In this document: one piece after another, positions 63,231-64,000 of the stretch | Layout: each line of letters begins with the position of its first letter | How positions within the stretch are numbered: the stretch's first letter is position 1 | Assembly: GCA_002269645.1 (NCBI GenBank) | Contig: NIVC01003399.1 | Span: 35,703 to 99,702, forward strand | Source of the DNA: Macrostomum lignano | Lineage: Eukaryota | Reading direction: 5' to 3' | DNA length: 64,000 nucleotides | Made by a program: the position numbers and the translations under genes | Notes under the pieces: generated by a model | What the model was told of the DNA's origin: nothing | What the model saw: the letters and a program-made list of their open reading frames with translations, nothing else | The model's database searches: none

Positions 63231-64000
63231 CACACAGAGGACTCAACCGCAAAGGACAGCGGCTTACTGTCGGTAGCGCTTAAGGCAGAGGTGTGCGGAC
63301 TTCAGGACAGTACCTGGTTTGCAGACTTCAGTCAGAAAAGTCTATTATATTTGTGTCGAGCACTGGTAATCCAGTATATTGTGAAACAGCTTGTTCTTTG
63401 AATCGCATGTGCTCAGAGTTGTCACAAACAAAATTAAGTTTACCAGTCGACAGGCCACTGATTTCTTGCTCAATGATGCCTTTTGTAATTCAGCATGGTT
63501 TTTTGTTTGTTGGTTTGGTTTAAAGTTGCAATTGTAGCCTCTAGTTTTTTTTCTATTATAAATTTTCTTTTTTGAAAGTCTATGGGTCTATGGGCAAGCC
63601 CCCCACTAGCCTTACGGAAGCCAGGGGTGAGGAGGGCGGCGAGCCCCCCACATGTGACTCCCCTACCCAACAAGTATATAGCCCACTAATCTTTTAGTTC
63701 TTAATTACATTTGATTTTGTACAGCTTTTTGCAGCCCATTTGGGCTTACGCGCATATAATTTAATCCAAGATACGTTTGCCAATGCAACGGAGCTTTTGT
63801 CTATGGTAGCAAGGCTGGCACAGCAGCATTTCATTTCGTCCAACAAGCATCAATTTGGTCCAAACGCTCGTGAGCCACTGGACAAACTCCTGCCTTCTCG
63901 CAACTGTCTGCAGGTTGTTGCGTACCGCTGGAATATCAACAACAGCGTGTCTACCAACCATAGTCGCTTTTCCAGAGCTCTGCTGACAGTCAAAATCTGA

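Overview
Eukaryotic (animal) genomic DNA. The GC-rich exons separated by 20-25-bp minisatellites resemble a free-living flatworm such as Macrostomum; that taxonomy is inference only. By my rough sum about 23 kb (~35%) of the window is tandem repeat, so most long ORFs in the supplied track are repeat artefacts. Six protein-coding genes can be reconstructed, four with complete phase-compatible GT-AG exon chains: (1) a two-exon rhodopsin-like peptide GPCR (+, 1805-4546); (2) SLC12A8/CCC9 (-, four exons, 25655-21587, 683 aa); (3) a partial orphan gene starting MGNC (-, 30949 to ~30006); (4) a two-exon NPF/NPY-type receptor (-, 45758-39859, 549 aa); (5) a single-exon 4-TM protein (+, 50628-51404); (6) a three-exon metadherin/LYRIC-like protein (+, 53199-56278). 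Mobile DNA: two RTE-like LINE fragments; a tRNA/CORE-type SINE; a very young Bel/Pao LTR element with identical 284-bp LTRs, a 6-bp TSD and a tRNA-iMet PBS, but lacking RNase H and the integrase core; and, at 56.5-64 kb, a cluster of foldback elements, at least 13 GTCTATGG/CCATAGAC motifs and a decayed Crypton-type (tyrosine-recombinase transposon) gene fragment. That last cluster is the most promising lead. No CRISPR array, rRNA or functional tRNA gene is supported.
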